From Paraspadella gotoi (Eukaryota > Animalia > Chaetognatha), in NCBI GenBank assembly GCA_051294375.1, contig CM119269.1, forward strand, positions 13,932,552 to 13,996,551: a stretch of DNA of 64,000 nt, read 5' to 3'. The first letter of the stretch is position 1, and every line of letters starts with the position of its first letter. A program made the translations under genes and the position numbers. Shown in pieces: positions 13,134 to 30,443 of the stretch. The notes under the pieces are model-generated. The model was not told where the DNA came from, did not search any database, and saw nothing but the letters and a program-made list of their open reading frames with translations.

Positions 13134-15851
13134 ATTCTCTTCTACTTTCCTTCTTTCTTCCTTTCTATCTTGCATTCATTCTTTCTTTCACGCTTTCTTT
13201 TTTTTCTGTCTTGCATGCTTTCTTTCTTTCTTTCTTTCTATCTTTTTTTTCTCTCTCTGTCTCTCTCTTTCCCAACTTAGTTATGGAGCGTCGCTCTTTT
13301 CATTCAGAGAAAAAATCATCGAATTGTTTAAACCTCAGCCCAAAGAATCAAAATATTCGTGGTAGAAGAAAAAGTAAATAGAGAGTAATAAAGAAGATGA
13401 AAGCAAAGGAAAAAAAGGAAAAAAATAAGAGAAAATAAAGAAATAAGAAATAAAAAAAAGAAAAAATAGAGAACATAAACGTCTGCACTTAAACGGGACG
13501 ACGATTTACTAGATTCGGTGATGCCAGTGGGGAGAAGGTTTGAGGGTGTGGACTGTGGAGGGTGAATTGTGGATGGATGGATAAATAGTATGAAATTGGT
13601 TAAGCGATAGGGAAACAAGATTGAACCAACAATGTCGGATCGGCCTACGTTAATTAATGGTAATCAGCTAATCAGGTAATAAATCACGATAATTATTTCA
13701 ATTTGTGATCCTAACTGATCATAACAGATCATACCATACCAAACCAGTGGCTGCGCCAATACATGTAAATCGCTTGCAAGGGATAATACTGCGTTACAAA
13801 TAATTTTTTAACTACTATTATTTTTTAAACTTTCTTCTAATAGAAAAATTGAGTTATTTTTTATTTTAAAAAAAACAACGGAAACAGTTGAAAAGAACCG
13901 GCAATGTTACCAACATGCCATTGAGCCAGCGTAATATTTAAATATGATTGAGTCTTATATTCTTCAGACCTCACGATGATTTAACTAAAATATAAAATTA
14001 TTGGAGCAGGTTTGGCGTACCATTTGATACCCACAAGCCCTAGTTCCTAAGACACCATGATGTACATTCCATGATGATGTTGAAACATGGAAAGCAGCAT
14101 GCAACAAATTTGGATGTAATTTCATTGTTGTTCACTTAGGATTCATTTTATTTTTTGCGTTACCGAATTGCCCGTTCAGTGTCCACTCAAGTGTCCCTCC
14201 TTTTGACCCAGATGGTAGAGTAGGTCGATGGCGGATATCCTGCAGATGACATTCACAGAATACCTGAACTTAGGAATGTCCCTCCGTCCTGCTTCCCACT
14301 CTCCCAAATGGCTAGGATTACAGCGAGTTGCCAACGCTCGCCGAGATGAGGATGGGATTCTTAAAAAGGGAGTCATTTTACTGACCGTCGGGAACTGATT
14401 ATATATAATATAATATAAAATAATATATGGTATAATATGATGTGATATGATATAATATATGATATAATTTTTATATTGGTCGTACCAATTTCATGATGGC
14501 GCGATGCTGGGCGCGCGGTTCGGGTCGCGTGTCGTTGCGGCGAGGCACGTGGGCGCCTCGAGGCGCGAGAGAGCGCCGAGCGCTGACGACGCCCCTGCGG
14601 GCCAGTCCCGGCGGCGGCGGCGGCGGCGATGGTGGCGGTTGGGAGGGGGGGCGAGGCGTCAGTTGATTCGTCAAAAAATCAAAATAAATCAAAACAAATC
14701 GTCGTTGATGAGGTGAGTGACTCGGTTGGTGGGAGGAGGAAGAGGAGAAGCGAGGAAGAGGGGAGGAAGGGAGAAGGAGAGGGAGGAGAAAAAGTGAGGA
14801 AGGAGAGGAGGAGAAGAAGAGGAAGAACCGAAGAAGGAAAGGAATATTCCCAAAAGAAGTACAGNNNNNNNNNNNNNNNNNNNNNNNNNGTTGATGAGTG
14901 AGAGTAGTTGACTTCGGGGTGTGAGGAGGAAGGGAGGAGAAGCGAGGACAGAGGGGGAAGGGAACGCGAGAGAGGAGGAGAAAAAAAGTGGGAAGGGAAG
15001 GAGGAGAAGAAGAGGAAAGAACCGTAGAAGGAAGAAATATTCCCCAAAGAAGCAGTACAGGTGAAAATAGAAAGACAGAAGGAGAGAGGACAGAGCGAGA
15101 GGAAGGAGAGAGAGAGAGAGAGAGAGGAGCAACTTCACAATATGATTTATCTTCTTGCAATTTTAAAACCGTTATTTAGTTGATTTTTATAACTAAAAAA
15201 GAAAATGATTTAGGAAGAATAACAATTTCGCCGCGTTTTACAGGAAACCCGAATCCGTATTTCGGCAAAACATCCCAACCATACATCCCCCACAGGAGAA
15301 TCCAGCTTCAGCTGATTTGAGATATTAAAGCAGAAAGAAGAGCGATAAACGAAATAAAACAACTATTGATTAATGCAATGAAAAAATAGTTAATTCGAAA
15401 ACCGAGCTTTTAGCTCCGAAGAAAAGAAGAGAGAAAACTTAGCCTTGCAAGAAAGGCTTTGAGCCGCCCATCTTGCAAAAATAAATTCAACACAACCTAA
15501 TCTCTTCCAGGCGCGCGGGCCTGTAACATTAGAGAAAAATCACCCGGAAAGAGCCAAGACGGGCTCGCGCTCAACGACGGGCTTAATATGACATAAGTTA
15601 TAAAAAAAAAGAAAAAGAGTTAATTAAAAAGACCATATAATTTTAACCCCGCCGCATTTCATTTTTTTTAAAGAAGAATTAAGAAATTTTTTAAAACCCC
15701 TTAAATTAAAACGCTCTCGGATAAAATTTAAAACTCTAAATAATTATTAAAACAATCCAACCGCTTCAAAAGGCGTTTCTGAAGACATTTTTGTTCATTA
15801 TATCAATTTTATCACGCATTTCGCTCCCGCCGCCCGCATCACAGTTTTCAA

Positions 15852-15979
<128 letters not shown>

Positions 15980-17749
15980 TTGTTTTCACTCCCAAAACTT
16001 CTTAACTGCGCCGGCGATTTCTTTTGAAAATCAAATCATCACTTCGGTGATTTTTCTTCACTCGTTTTTTTTTCCTGGAAAAAAAGATAAAAAAAATAAT
16101 TTAAGGATTTTTTTTTGGTGTGTGTGTGTGCGGTAGAGACGAATGTGTGGGAGCGAGAGAGATAGAGCGAGTCGAAACAATTGGTCTGTGAAAACATGTG
16201 ATTTTAAAAGAGTGAAACAACAGAGTAGGAGTGATCTCCTTGGTTGGACGTAACGATATTGCGTGAACGTAAAATGTAATAATACTAGTAGTATTACTAC
16301 TTTATAATTCGAAATGAAATAAATCTACTATATAATATATAGAATAAATTTTTTTCAATCTCGAATTCCAAGTTTCGCCCTCAGCGATCGAATCCTTCTC
16401 CTTTCTTCGCCTCCTTCATTGACGAAAGACGAGGAGTTGACACGCTACGCTGACACGCTACGCTGACACGGCTCGTGACAAGCCATGATAACGTATCACG
16501 CTGACACGCCTCGCCGACAAAGATCGACGATGATGATTCCCTTTTTTTTTCATCCTCGGCCACTTTCCCTTTTCACCAACTTTCGCCTCACCGGAGATTA
16601 ACTCGTCGACGATAGAGACAGAGACGAATGAGAGGGAGTGGGAGTTGCAAGAGTAAATTAATACGTAATTCTTATTTTCCGGACGACGGGCAAGGACTGG
16701 ACCACCCCCTTCGACCACCCTATTGGATCATCCCTTTAGACCCATCTGTACCGTCGTTCCCATATTTTCGTCAGGACTCTTTTATTTTTTTTTCTTTAAG
16801 AAATTTTTATTCTTAAAATAATTTCCAGAATGAACTGAATATTTTCCGTAATCGATATCGTTGACTTTGTCCGATTTTTTTTTTATGAGATTTTTTGTCG
16901 ATTTGTTTAGTCCATTTTTTAGTTTATGACGTAATTACTTAATTTCTTTATCATTTTATTAACTCTTTAAACTTTTGGGAGATTGAAAATGTTAAGGAAG
17001 TTTTTACTTAGCCACAGGTACGAACTACTAAGTAATTAAAAAAAATTTGTTCGTTTGGAGTTTGGTCCCCTCAAAAGTTTTGTCTTCATTAAAATTCAGT
17101 TTCTCTTTTGAATCACATCTTTCCCCCCTTTTCCTCACGACTGGAATTTCACTAAGCGGGAGGCCTCACTCCATGGAGAGCAGGAAGTTCGAGAAAGTTG
17201 TTTCAAGAAATAATCGAGAAAAATCAAAAGTTCAACTTTTTAACACCTTTTTTTTCTTTCTTTTTTCTTTCTTTTTTTTTGGAAAAGGGAGGTCGGAATT
17301 TCCGCGTCCAAAATTTTTGCCTTTTTCTTTATCGCGGTTTTTCTTTTGATCAGAATTTCGGGTACAGTCGATTGGGTTTAGAACGTAAGAAGCTAGCGGG
17401 AATGAAAACTAAAAAAAATAAAAGGTGTTTTTAAGTATGTCTATTTTGAAGCTGAGTTCACTATTCCCGTTTTTCTTTTCATTTTTCAAGTTTTATTTTT
17501 CATTCTTTTCGTTATCGCTGTGCCACTTTCATGGCGACCAGTCCAAAGCTGACGGAAATTCGAAAAGGAAGACGAAAAAACGGAAAAGGGAGCAACGAGT
17601 ATTTTATGAAAAACCTCTTAAAAATATCACTAGAAGTTAAGCATGAATTTCTGAGTCTCGCGTATCGACGCTTGAGACAATTCCAATGCGGATTTATTGC
17701 TTTCGAGTCATCGAATATGTGATGTGAAGACATAATGTTGAAGAATAAC

Positions 17750-17845
17750 ATAATAACATCCCAATGATAGGTAAATATTTTTATATTTAAACTATTAAAA
17801 ATAAAACAGAAGAAAAGAATATAAATAACAAATAGTAAAAATAAT
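17750..17845 (+). repeat. ~95-bp dispersed repeat also present in the last intron of lipase 2 (21528-21620, 20170-20265)
   Basis: AACATCCCAATGATAGGTAAATATTTTTATATTTAAAC..AAAACAGAAGAAAAGAA..AACAAATAGTA is shared. Confidence 0.75.
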
Positions 17846-18217
17846 ATGAATAAGACTACTTTAAAAAGTGGGAATTTTTCAATTTTCATAATAAATCGAT
17901 GTTATTCTTCAACAACAACAGCAACCAAACCAACGGACCACCTTCACATCTCCTTCGGTCGAGTCAAGTTTTGTGGAAAAACAAAAAAAGGAGAAAAGAA
18001 AAGCAAAACGAAGACGAGAATTTGTTTGTTTGACCAGAACTCGGATCGCCTGAAGGGAAAGATCGGGTTTGGCCCTCCCCCTTTTGCTCTCATGGCGAGT
18101 TAGTTCTCTCTCTCTCTGTCTCTGTCTGTCTCTTTCTGCCACTGAATCTCTGTCTCTCTCACTTTCTGTCTTTTTTTCTCTTTCTTTCTGTCTCTCCCAC
18201 TCATCTATATCTCTCAT

Positions 18218-18327
<110 letters not shown>

Positions 18328-19107
18328 CTCCCCATCCACCCTCTTCTCTCCCTTCAAACTGCGCGGAACAACAAACCTGAGACCACCCCGAGACCCCGAG
18401 ACCCCGAACCGACATAGAAAGGTTTTTCTCTGGGGCTTGTCTGTCAATTCCTAAGGAGAGAGAGGGGGGAGAGAGAGATGAGGAGGAGGAGGAGGAGGAG
18501 GAGAAGGAGGAGGAGGAGAAAGATGAAGTAGAATCCGTTCCTTCTCTGTCGATCAAGAACTGTATATTTCTAATTAAATGATATAAAATTGTTTTGGAAA
18601 TATTATACATTGTTTATATATTTAGGACTATATCGATTAGCATTTTGTGATTTTTATTAAGTTGAGATAGAGTCGTCCGCTCCTCCATTTAAATTGAACG
18701 AATGTAAAATAAATAAGAATGAATACCTAACAGTAGTAGTTACGGTTTTTATAAACCCAAGAATAAAACCTCATACAATAAAAGTACAAATATTCCAGAA
18801 TAAAATGTTCTGTATTTCTAACGACGGAAAAAAAAAATTTGAAGAAGGATTCGAATCCAGGACCTAGAGATGAAAAATAAAGGGGGGGAGGAGTGGGGGC
18901 GACGGCTGAGACTTAGACCCACTTCTCTCCAGCGTCAAAACAACCGAAGAGCGTCTCGACAATTTGCACCCGCTCTCCCCTCGCCCCTACATCGCCTCCC
19001 GTCCCCCCCCNNNNNNNNNNNNNNNNNNNNNNNNNCCTCATCCAGAGGAATTTTTCCCTGCCAACTCAATCCCGAAGAAGGACTTAGTTTTCTTTTTTCT
19101 CTGCTCT

Positions 19108-19173
<66 letters not shown>

Positions 19174-19194
19174 GCTTCCAAGATACCAGGGAAA

Positions 19195-20719
19195 AAAAAT
19201 CCAGGTTCCTCATTAGTCGGCACAGCAGATAAGAAGTGATGGCAAGACATCGTGTTTATCTAATTGCCGAGATAAGATGATCCAGACGTGAGAGAGAGAG
19301 AGAGAAGAGAGAGAAGATTGACCAAAGATTTTTTTTCCTTTCCCCCCTTTTGCATTTCCCCAAAAACCATCTTTTCCAAACTGGGATGTGACCCAGTCTT
19401 AGAAGAGAGAGGTTCCCAAACAAATTTCTTTTCTATACCCCTCCCCCCCCCCACCCTCTCTTTCTAATCTTCGTCTCCCAATTTTACCAGATCTGTTGTC
19501 TTAATCTATTTTCTTTACATCCTCAAACAAAATTCCCCCTTACCATCACAGGAAAGAATTAGCTAGAGCCAAAATAAAAGAATTTGGTTAGCGCTGTCAG
19601 CGCTAAAAGGTGGTTGGATTTACTAGTTTGGCATTGCTTTAATTGTATTATTTTAACTTTATAAAGGAAATACAATTAAAAAATTGCGTTTTAAATATAC
19701 ATAAAAACTTATAAAAATTCAACCCGTTTAAAAATCATTCGTGTCGCCGTCCAAGCATGCCGTTGTCACGTGCAAAATGTACAGATGTCCGTTACAACCT
19801 TCATCCCAGCTACACTCCGGCCAGATCTTTCTTTTATAATGTCTCACCGATGTGATCCGTACACTCTCCTTTGGCCGTGAGACCCCAAATGTAATCCAAG
19901 TGATCCACCAATGCGCCGTGAGTAGAACATCGTCTCACGATGTTCGGGGACGCGATCTTAGCATCTTGGATTACGTCGGCCGCGGTCTGTGAACGACGAA
20001 AAGTCGCGAGCCCGGTTATGAACACCGAAAAATTAAAAACAGCGGAAAAATGAGACATAATATTAAAAATAAGCTTTTTTAGATATGAGATATTAGTATC
20101 TGACGAAATTGCTAACAGAATGATGTATGATAAATATTTAGGGAAAACCTAGGCCCCAGAAAAGTATTTTAACAATCCCAATGATAGCGTAAATACTTTA
20201 TATCTTAAACAATTAAAAGTAAAACAGAAGGAAAGAAAATTAATAAAACAAATAGTATAAATAATAAGTAAAGATTTTTTCAATTTTCTTACTTACCAGC
20301 GAGAATATCTTTTGATCTCCCCAAAACGCGACGGTGGCGAACTTTCATTGTTTTCCAATCTAGTTAACTCGGAGGACTGATAGAACAGATTTTGACAGGA
20401 AAATATGCTTGTAATGATTTTAAACAAAACATTACAAATTGCTAAACAGCTAAACACGAACCTGAAAGAACCATAACGAACGACGGTTGAGTAAAAAACC
20501 AATAATTGTACCTGGCGAACTTGTTGATTCGAACCTAAGGATGGTAACTTCTACATCAACAGCTTTCTGATTTATCAATTATCTATGGGTTATTTATAAA
20601 TTCCGCTTACTAGTTGCCGCCCAAATGCATCTCTCTTCTTTTTTTCAGGTTCCTCATTAGTCGGCATCAGAGATAAGAAGTGATGGAAGACATTGTTTAT
20701 TAATTGGAGATAAGATGAT

Positions 20720-20764
<45 letters not shown>

Positions 20765-21965
20765 CAGATCTTCCTTGCATCACATTTCACTGATGTGACC
20801 CAGTCTTGAGAAGAGAGAGGTTCCCAAACAAAATTCTTTTCTTACCCCTCCCCCCCCCACCCTCTCTTTCTAATCTTCCGTCTCCCAATTTTACCAGATC
20901 TGTTGTCTTAATCTATTTTCTTACATCCTCAAACAAAATTCCCTTACCTCACAGAAAGAATTAGCTAGAGCAAAATAAAAGAATTTGGTTAGGCTGTCAG
21001 CGCTAAAAGGTGGTTGGATACTAGTTGGATTGTTTAAATTTGTATTATTTTAACTTTATAAAGGAAATACAATTAAAAATTGGTTTTAAATATACATAAA
21101 AACTTATAAAATCAACCCGTAAAATCATTCGTGTCGCCGTCCAAGATGTCCGTTTACGTGAAATGGTACAGATGTCCGTACAACCTTCATCCCAGCTACA
21201 CTCCGGCCAGATCTTTCTTTATAATGTCCACGATGTGATCGTACACTTCTCCTTTGGCCGTGAGACCCCAAATGTAATCCAAGTGATCCAAATGCGGTGA
21301 GTGAAATCGTCTCACGATGTTGGGGACGCGATTTAGCATCTTGGATACGTCGGCCGGGTCTGTGAACGACGAAAAGTCGGCGAGGGTTATGAAACGAAAA
21401 ATTAAAAGCAGGGAAAAATAGAATAATATAAAAAAATAAGCTTTTTAGATATGAGATATTAGATATTGACGAAATTCTAACAGAATGATGTATGATAAAT
21501 ATTTAGGAAACTAGGGCAGAAAGTATTTAACATCCCAATGATAGGTAAATATTTTTATATTTAAACAATTAAAAGTAAAACAGAAGAAAAGAAAATGAAT
21601 AACAAATAGTATAAATAATAAGTAGAAATTTTTCAATTTTCTTACTTACCAGCGAGAATATCTTTGTCTCCCCAAAACGCGACGGTGGGAACTTTCATGT
21701 TTTCCAATTTGTAACTCGGAGGACTATAGAACAGATTTTGACAGGAAAAATGCTTGTAATGATTTTAAACAAACATACAAATTGTAAACAGTAAACACGA
21801 ACCTGAAAGAACCATAACGAACGAGGTTGAGTAAAAAACCATAATTGTACCTGGCGAACTTGTTGGATCGAACCTAAGGATGGTAACTCTACATCAACAG
21901 CTTTCTGATTTATCAATATCTATTGATTATTTATAAATTCCGCTTACTAGTTGCGCCAAATGCAC
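19195..21965. repeat. ~1.4-kb direct tandem duplication of the lipase 2 3' end and downstream flank
   Basis: CAGGTTCCTCATTAGTCGGCA at ~19202 and ~20646; GCTGTCAGCGCTAAAAGGTGGTTGGAT at ~19593 and ~20993. Confidence 0.9.
19810..20630 (-). pseudogene. Partial, frameshifted duplicate of the last exons of lipase 2
   Basis: 19195-20630 is a direct copy of 20645-21965, including [12 protein letters not shown] and the PPS/DILA exons, with many single-base insertions and no upstream exons. Confidence 0.7.
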
Positions 21966-23830
21966 CATGTTTCTCACGGAGGTTCCGGCGGGAGTATGCG
22001 CCATATAAACCGGAAGTCTTGTCATGTTTAGTTCGTTAACGTCAAATCCTATTTTTAAATTTTACTTTTACAACAACTTTAAAATTTAAACTAGTTTTAG
22101 TCAAACCACCTGCGTAAAGAAAAAGCAGATTGGTGCAGATAATTTGATTGGTCGTCTTGCAGAAGATTTTGGCGATTCCGGCAATGAAGTCGTCCTTGGG
22201 CAAAAACTCTCCGACGCCGAATATTTTGAAGACGGCGTCGAGAACGGTGGTGACGCCGAGCTGGGATGGATCGGGTTTGGAACTTGGAATCGACGTCGCA
22301 GCAAATAGACAAGCTCACCTTGGCGAGCCACTTTGAGTGAACTGAATATCTTGCTGCGAACAAGGCAGCCAATTAACGAGCTCACCTTGGCGAGCCTCAA
22401 GAGCGGGCTGGAGAAAAAAATTCCCTCGCTCACCATGACGAGCCGCTTTGCAGGGCTGGACATTAAAATCCTTCGGCTCACCTTAGCGAGCCACTTGAGC
22501 GGGCTGGACATCTCCCCGACGGACGTGACCGGAGCCAGAGCGAAGAACATTTTGATTTTGGCGGCGAAGTTTTGATCCTCTGACGCTTTGGCGAAGAGAA
22601 CCTGCGTCCCTTGCGAGTGGCCTGGAGATTATTGGGCAGAGAATGGAACCGAATGGGACCGAATGGAACCGAATGTCTCGAAATTTAGAGGAAAAGAATG
22701 CAGTGGAACATTTATGTTGTCGATTTTTATTTTTTATCAACATCAACATTTTATTTAAAAAGTAAGTTGAGAAAATAAACATTCGCTTATTCTCTCTGGA
22801 ATCACAGTTTTTATTGTCTTCTTTATATTAAATTTCTTATAACTTATAATAGTTAATTAAAATGTCCTGACCCACCGACGTAGTAAACGTTTGGCTTCTG
22901 AGTTTTGGTCAACACGAATCACGAAAGACGGAAGTCGAATCTGCGATTTCATCGAAGCTTGAATTCCCCAGAACCTTGTTCGTCCTAACGAAAACTGAAT
23001 TTCTAATTCATGAATAATAAATAAATAAATGCTATTAAAATCCCCCAGTATTAGTTTTTAATGTACAATCTTTAAAATAAATTCTCCTTTGACTATTCAG
23101 ATTTTACACATTCATTAAAATGATCTCTCCTCTCTCTCTCTCTCTCTCTCCTCTCTCCTCCTGTCCCTCTTCTCTCTTCTCTCTCCACACTCTTCATCCT
23201 CATCTCTCATCCCTCTCCCTCTCTACTCTCTCCCTCCCTTCTATCCATCCGCTCCTTACACGAAGGACTCGAACGCTCCTGACCGTGTCGTCCCCTCCGA
23301 GCTGAGTCCGCTCTCGCGGCGTTCGCCGATCCAAACGCTCGCAAACCTAGATAGCGAGAAGAGAGAGAGAGAAGCAGACGAGACGATAGAGGAGAGATGA
23401 GAGAGAGAGCAGAGAGAGGAGAGCGAGAGACCGAGAGCCAGCCAGCAGCAGCACGCACGCAGCCGAGAGACGAGAGCACGCACACTCTGAAAATCCGTCC
23501 ATCACACGTCATCCATAACATTCATCCATCATTCCATCATCATCATCCATCACCCCGCATAACCGGCGTCGGCCGCGGCAACGAAGGCGAACGACTTTGA
23601 CTCTCCGGCAAATCCTGAGCCGAGCAGAAATCGACGCCGGTTTCGAGAAGGGCCGTGCATGAGACAAGAACAGGGCCGTCCGCCGGAGATCGGGGTGGCG
23701 CCCGGCGACGCAGGCCCCGCCGCGCCCGCGGAGATACAAAGGAGTCCGCGCAGCCCGTGTGCGGATTCGCAACAGGTCAGCAGACTAGTCCACTCGTGCA
23801 AGTCTTTAACCCTTTCTCGATGCAAAAAGA
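21196..23830 (-). CDS. Acid lipase 2 (tandem paralogue of lipase 1); 3' six exons intact, 5' exons readable only through many indels
   Basis: Clean exons: 22621-22482 ([20 protein letters not shown]), 22260-22110, 22048-21948 ([10 protein letters not shown]), 21873-21803, 21723-21650 (PPSYKL..DILA), 21359-21196 ([20 protein letters not shown]). Degraded remnants: ~22984-22877 ([15 protein letters not shown]), ~23345-23260 (VWIG), ~23830-23560 (MHG, SFAFVAADAG). Intron positions match lipase 1. The start codon was not found, so the 5' boundary is approximate. Confidence 0.82.
22313..22512 (-). repeat. Four tandem copies of the lipase 2 exon end plus GTGAGC splice donor
   Basis: TCCAGCCCGCTCAAGTGGCTCGCTAAG|GTGAGC and variants; exon ends at 22482, 22434, 22386 and 22319. 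Confidence 0.85.
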
Positions 23831-24532
23831 ACTACCTAACTTTGACTCTACCCGACTCGATGTGCAGACACAACCCAACTACTGTTGCGCGCTTATCACG
23901 CCCCTTCATCCCATATTAAAAAAAATCACAAAACGCCCAACAAACCCCTGCCCGAGCTCATCAAAGTCCAGAGTTATCAATTCTAATCTAATCTCTAATC
24001 CACCATATGACATCTGGTATTCAAATGTCTATCTTAAAATTTACAGTCTTTTTAAATTTACCCCATCATAATCCTACAACTCCTAACTCGCTATTTACTT
24101 ATTCTACCCTTCCCAAATTACACCAATGTTCACCGACCTATTCTCTCTTTCGTTGGACTTGAGACCGCTAAAATTTAAACAAAATTTTCCAAAAAACAAT
24201 GTCGCTTTTAAACCATTATAACTACCGTGCTCGCAAACACACCTACCTGAACAAAAACTGTCACCATATTTTATCTCTAATCTTTCAATCTTTAATCCTA
24301 CGTGAATTAAAAACTACAATATATACAGAACATACATTTTATTATATTTTATTTTTTTATTTTGGCAAGACTATGCCACATACACCCACATCGTCGTAAC
24401 CTGTTTAACCCAAACAAACCATTCAAAAATCAAACCAGTCCGGACTTCTTCTAATGTCCACTGCCATCTCCATTCTGTCCCTGTCTGACACGCGCCAACC
24501 AGCCACCACCTCAAATTTGCAGACATCCCCTT

Positions 24533-27951
<3,419 letters not shown>

Positions 27952-28565
27952 TGTGTTTCTGTGGGGTTTAAAGGGGACGGGGGGGGGAAAATGGCATGGA
28001 CGGACGGTTTGGTCGGTCGGTCCGAGAGATGACAGACTGACAGAGAGCTTTAAAAAATATGTATCTCGATCATTACAGATTTTAAGAATTTTGATTCATT
28101 TAATCGGTCTATGTAGTGCGACAAACTGATAATAATAAGTACACCATTATGTCAGACGAGAGAGATATTAAAATGAGATTGTTTTTGAGTTAGTCAACTG
28201 TTATCCCTCAGCTCCCCCATTAGCGAGAAGAGAGAAGAGAGAGAGAGAGATGAGAGAGAGCAGAAGACCGAGAGAGAGAGAGAGAGAAGGAGATGAGCGA
28301 GAGGAGAGAGAGAGAGAGACGAGAGCGCTAAAAATCTCCGTCAACCGTGACAACGAAAGAGAGAAAAAAAAATTTCCTTTAAGTTTTTAGCGAAGCGAGC
28401 GAATTTCGCGTTTTGACGTCAAACTTTTTTTAATAAAATCGAAAAAAATCCTAAAATCTGATAAAAATTAGTTTTTGGATTTAATGCGAATCGCTATCTG
28501 CGACGACATCGCGATTCGCACGAGAGAGAGAGAGAGAGAAGAGAGAGAGAAGAGGAGAGAGAGAG

Positions 28566-28599
<34 letters not shown>

Positions 28600-28899
28600 C
28601 AATTTACTTACTCTCGCTCCACGTCAGGATTTTCTGTAATTTAGAAAACTTTGGAAGATAAACTTTTGGATTGTTAATAATGCGGGAAAAGAAAAAAATG
28701 AGTGGAAGGTGGAAAATTAATATATATTTCATTACTAATCTGAATTCGAATATTTTTTTTCGCATGGCATGGCATGCAATGAACTTGACCCATCGTACAA
28801 GGGTTTTGCAGAAAGAGAGAGCGGGGGGGGGGTTCGGGGTGTGCTTGCACTTCGATGGCGTGGCCGCGTTCGCCGTCGATCCGCAAGCGATAGCAACAT

Positions 28900-28976
<77 letters not shown>

Positions 28977-28977
28977 T
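28900..28977. repeat. Pure (GGC)n microsatellite, ~26 units
   Basis: Seen directly. Confidence 0.95.
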
Positions 28978-29179
28978 GTTAGAGCGACCGCTTCGGTGAC
29001 TGCGTCTTTCTTTTCGGGTAATTAAGAAGAAAAAAAAAGGAAAGACCATCGTGGATGGAATCAGGAACGAGACGACGACGACGAAGCTTTGCTCGACCAA
29101 CAAACTCAAATAAATCATAAATTTTTTACGGACTTCAGAAATGACAGAGAGAGAGAGAGAGCGAGAGAGAGAGAGAGAG

Positions 29180-29229
<50 letters not shown>

Positions 29230-30404
29230 TAAAAATCAAATAAAAGACTCGTGGTTTGACTCGTGACTTCATGAGAAAAGAAAACAGTGACGCGCGTCGA
29301 CTATTGTTGAGGGAAACGATGACGCAGGTGGGCTGACAAAACGCCGACAGAAACGAAAGTAGGTCGCCTCACAATTGGAAAACAAAGAAGTCAAGTAATG
29401 GATGACAATTTCCAAATTTTTTTTATAGAAAAAATACGGTTGGCATTTATAGTTTATCATTTACCAATAAAACTGTGATATGTGACGAAGATGTCGAAAC
29501 TTGTTTATAATGCAACATGCTATACTACGTCTAAAGACAAACGAGTCTATTTTACACCCTCTCTCTCTCTCTCTCTCTCTTTCTTTTTCAAAGATTTCCT
29601 CGATTTCACACTACTAGATGTTTACAGATGTATTTAACGAAATCTACTATTTTCTTCTTTCATTCAGTTGCGAACGCAAATCCCTTAAGATTTAGATTAA
29701 ACAGTTTAAGGGAACATCGACTCAGCTTGGCGACCTACAGCAGTTAAGACGAAAATCCAGACCACCGATTTTAAAAACCTTTGGAAGAACGGATTTTCTT
29801 AACTAATCATGGATGTGTGAGTGACGAAATGCGAGGTGAAATGACGAAACGAACTCGGGCGTTGCCAAAAAATAAAGTAATTAATTTTGTATAATTTCAT
29901 TTTACCAGTTTTAGATTTCAACAATATACATTATACAATTTTACCATACTTGGTTTCATTTCGTAATAAAATTACATAACACTGCGCGAATCATCAGAAT
30001 TTCTAAAACACAATTAAATCAGATGGAGCACATTTTTTTGATAAATGGCGAAAACGACGACGACGAAAACGACGACGACAACCGCGACGCTCGGCAACGA
30101 TTATCGGTCAAACTTGACTCCATAACAGAAGTCAGTGAAGTGAACGATAACGATAAAGATGACGATGTCTCCCTTCGAAACACGACCATTTCGTTGTAGC
30201 AGATTACATTGACGCTCCCCACGACGCGTCCAATGTTAGACCATATGTCCGAGAGCTGGGGAGGGAGGGAAGAGAGAGGAGAGAGATGCGTGACCCTTGC
30301 GACCGAGGGGTCACCGAAGGTCAAATCCTACGCATATTTCGTCACCTGAAAATGAGGAAAAGGGTCGGGAGAAGAGGGTTCGCTAAGGTCACGATTGGAA
30401 AAAC

Positions 30405-30443
<39 letters not shown>

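Noticed and set aside
14160-14400. CpG-poor, coding-looking segment
   Set aside because: No frame gave a recognisable protein motif; it is treated only as possible repeat cargo.
14700-15062. Short direct repeats flanking small N gaps (also 50190-50400 vs 51016-51152)
   Set aside because: They look like unmerged, noisy contig overlaps rather than biological repeats.
28671-29118. Poly-Ala/Gly/Pro ORFs
   Set aside because: Pure (GGC)n repeat with no flanking coding signal.
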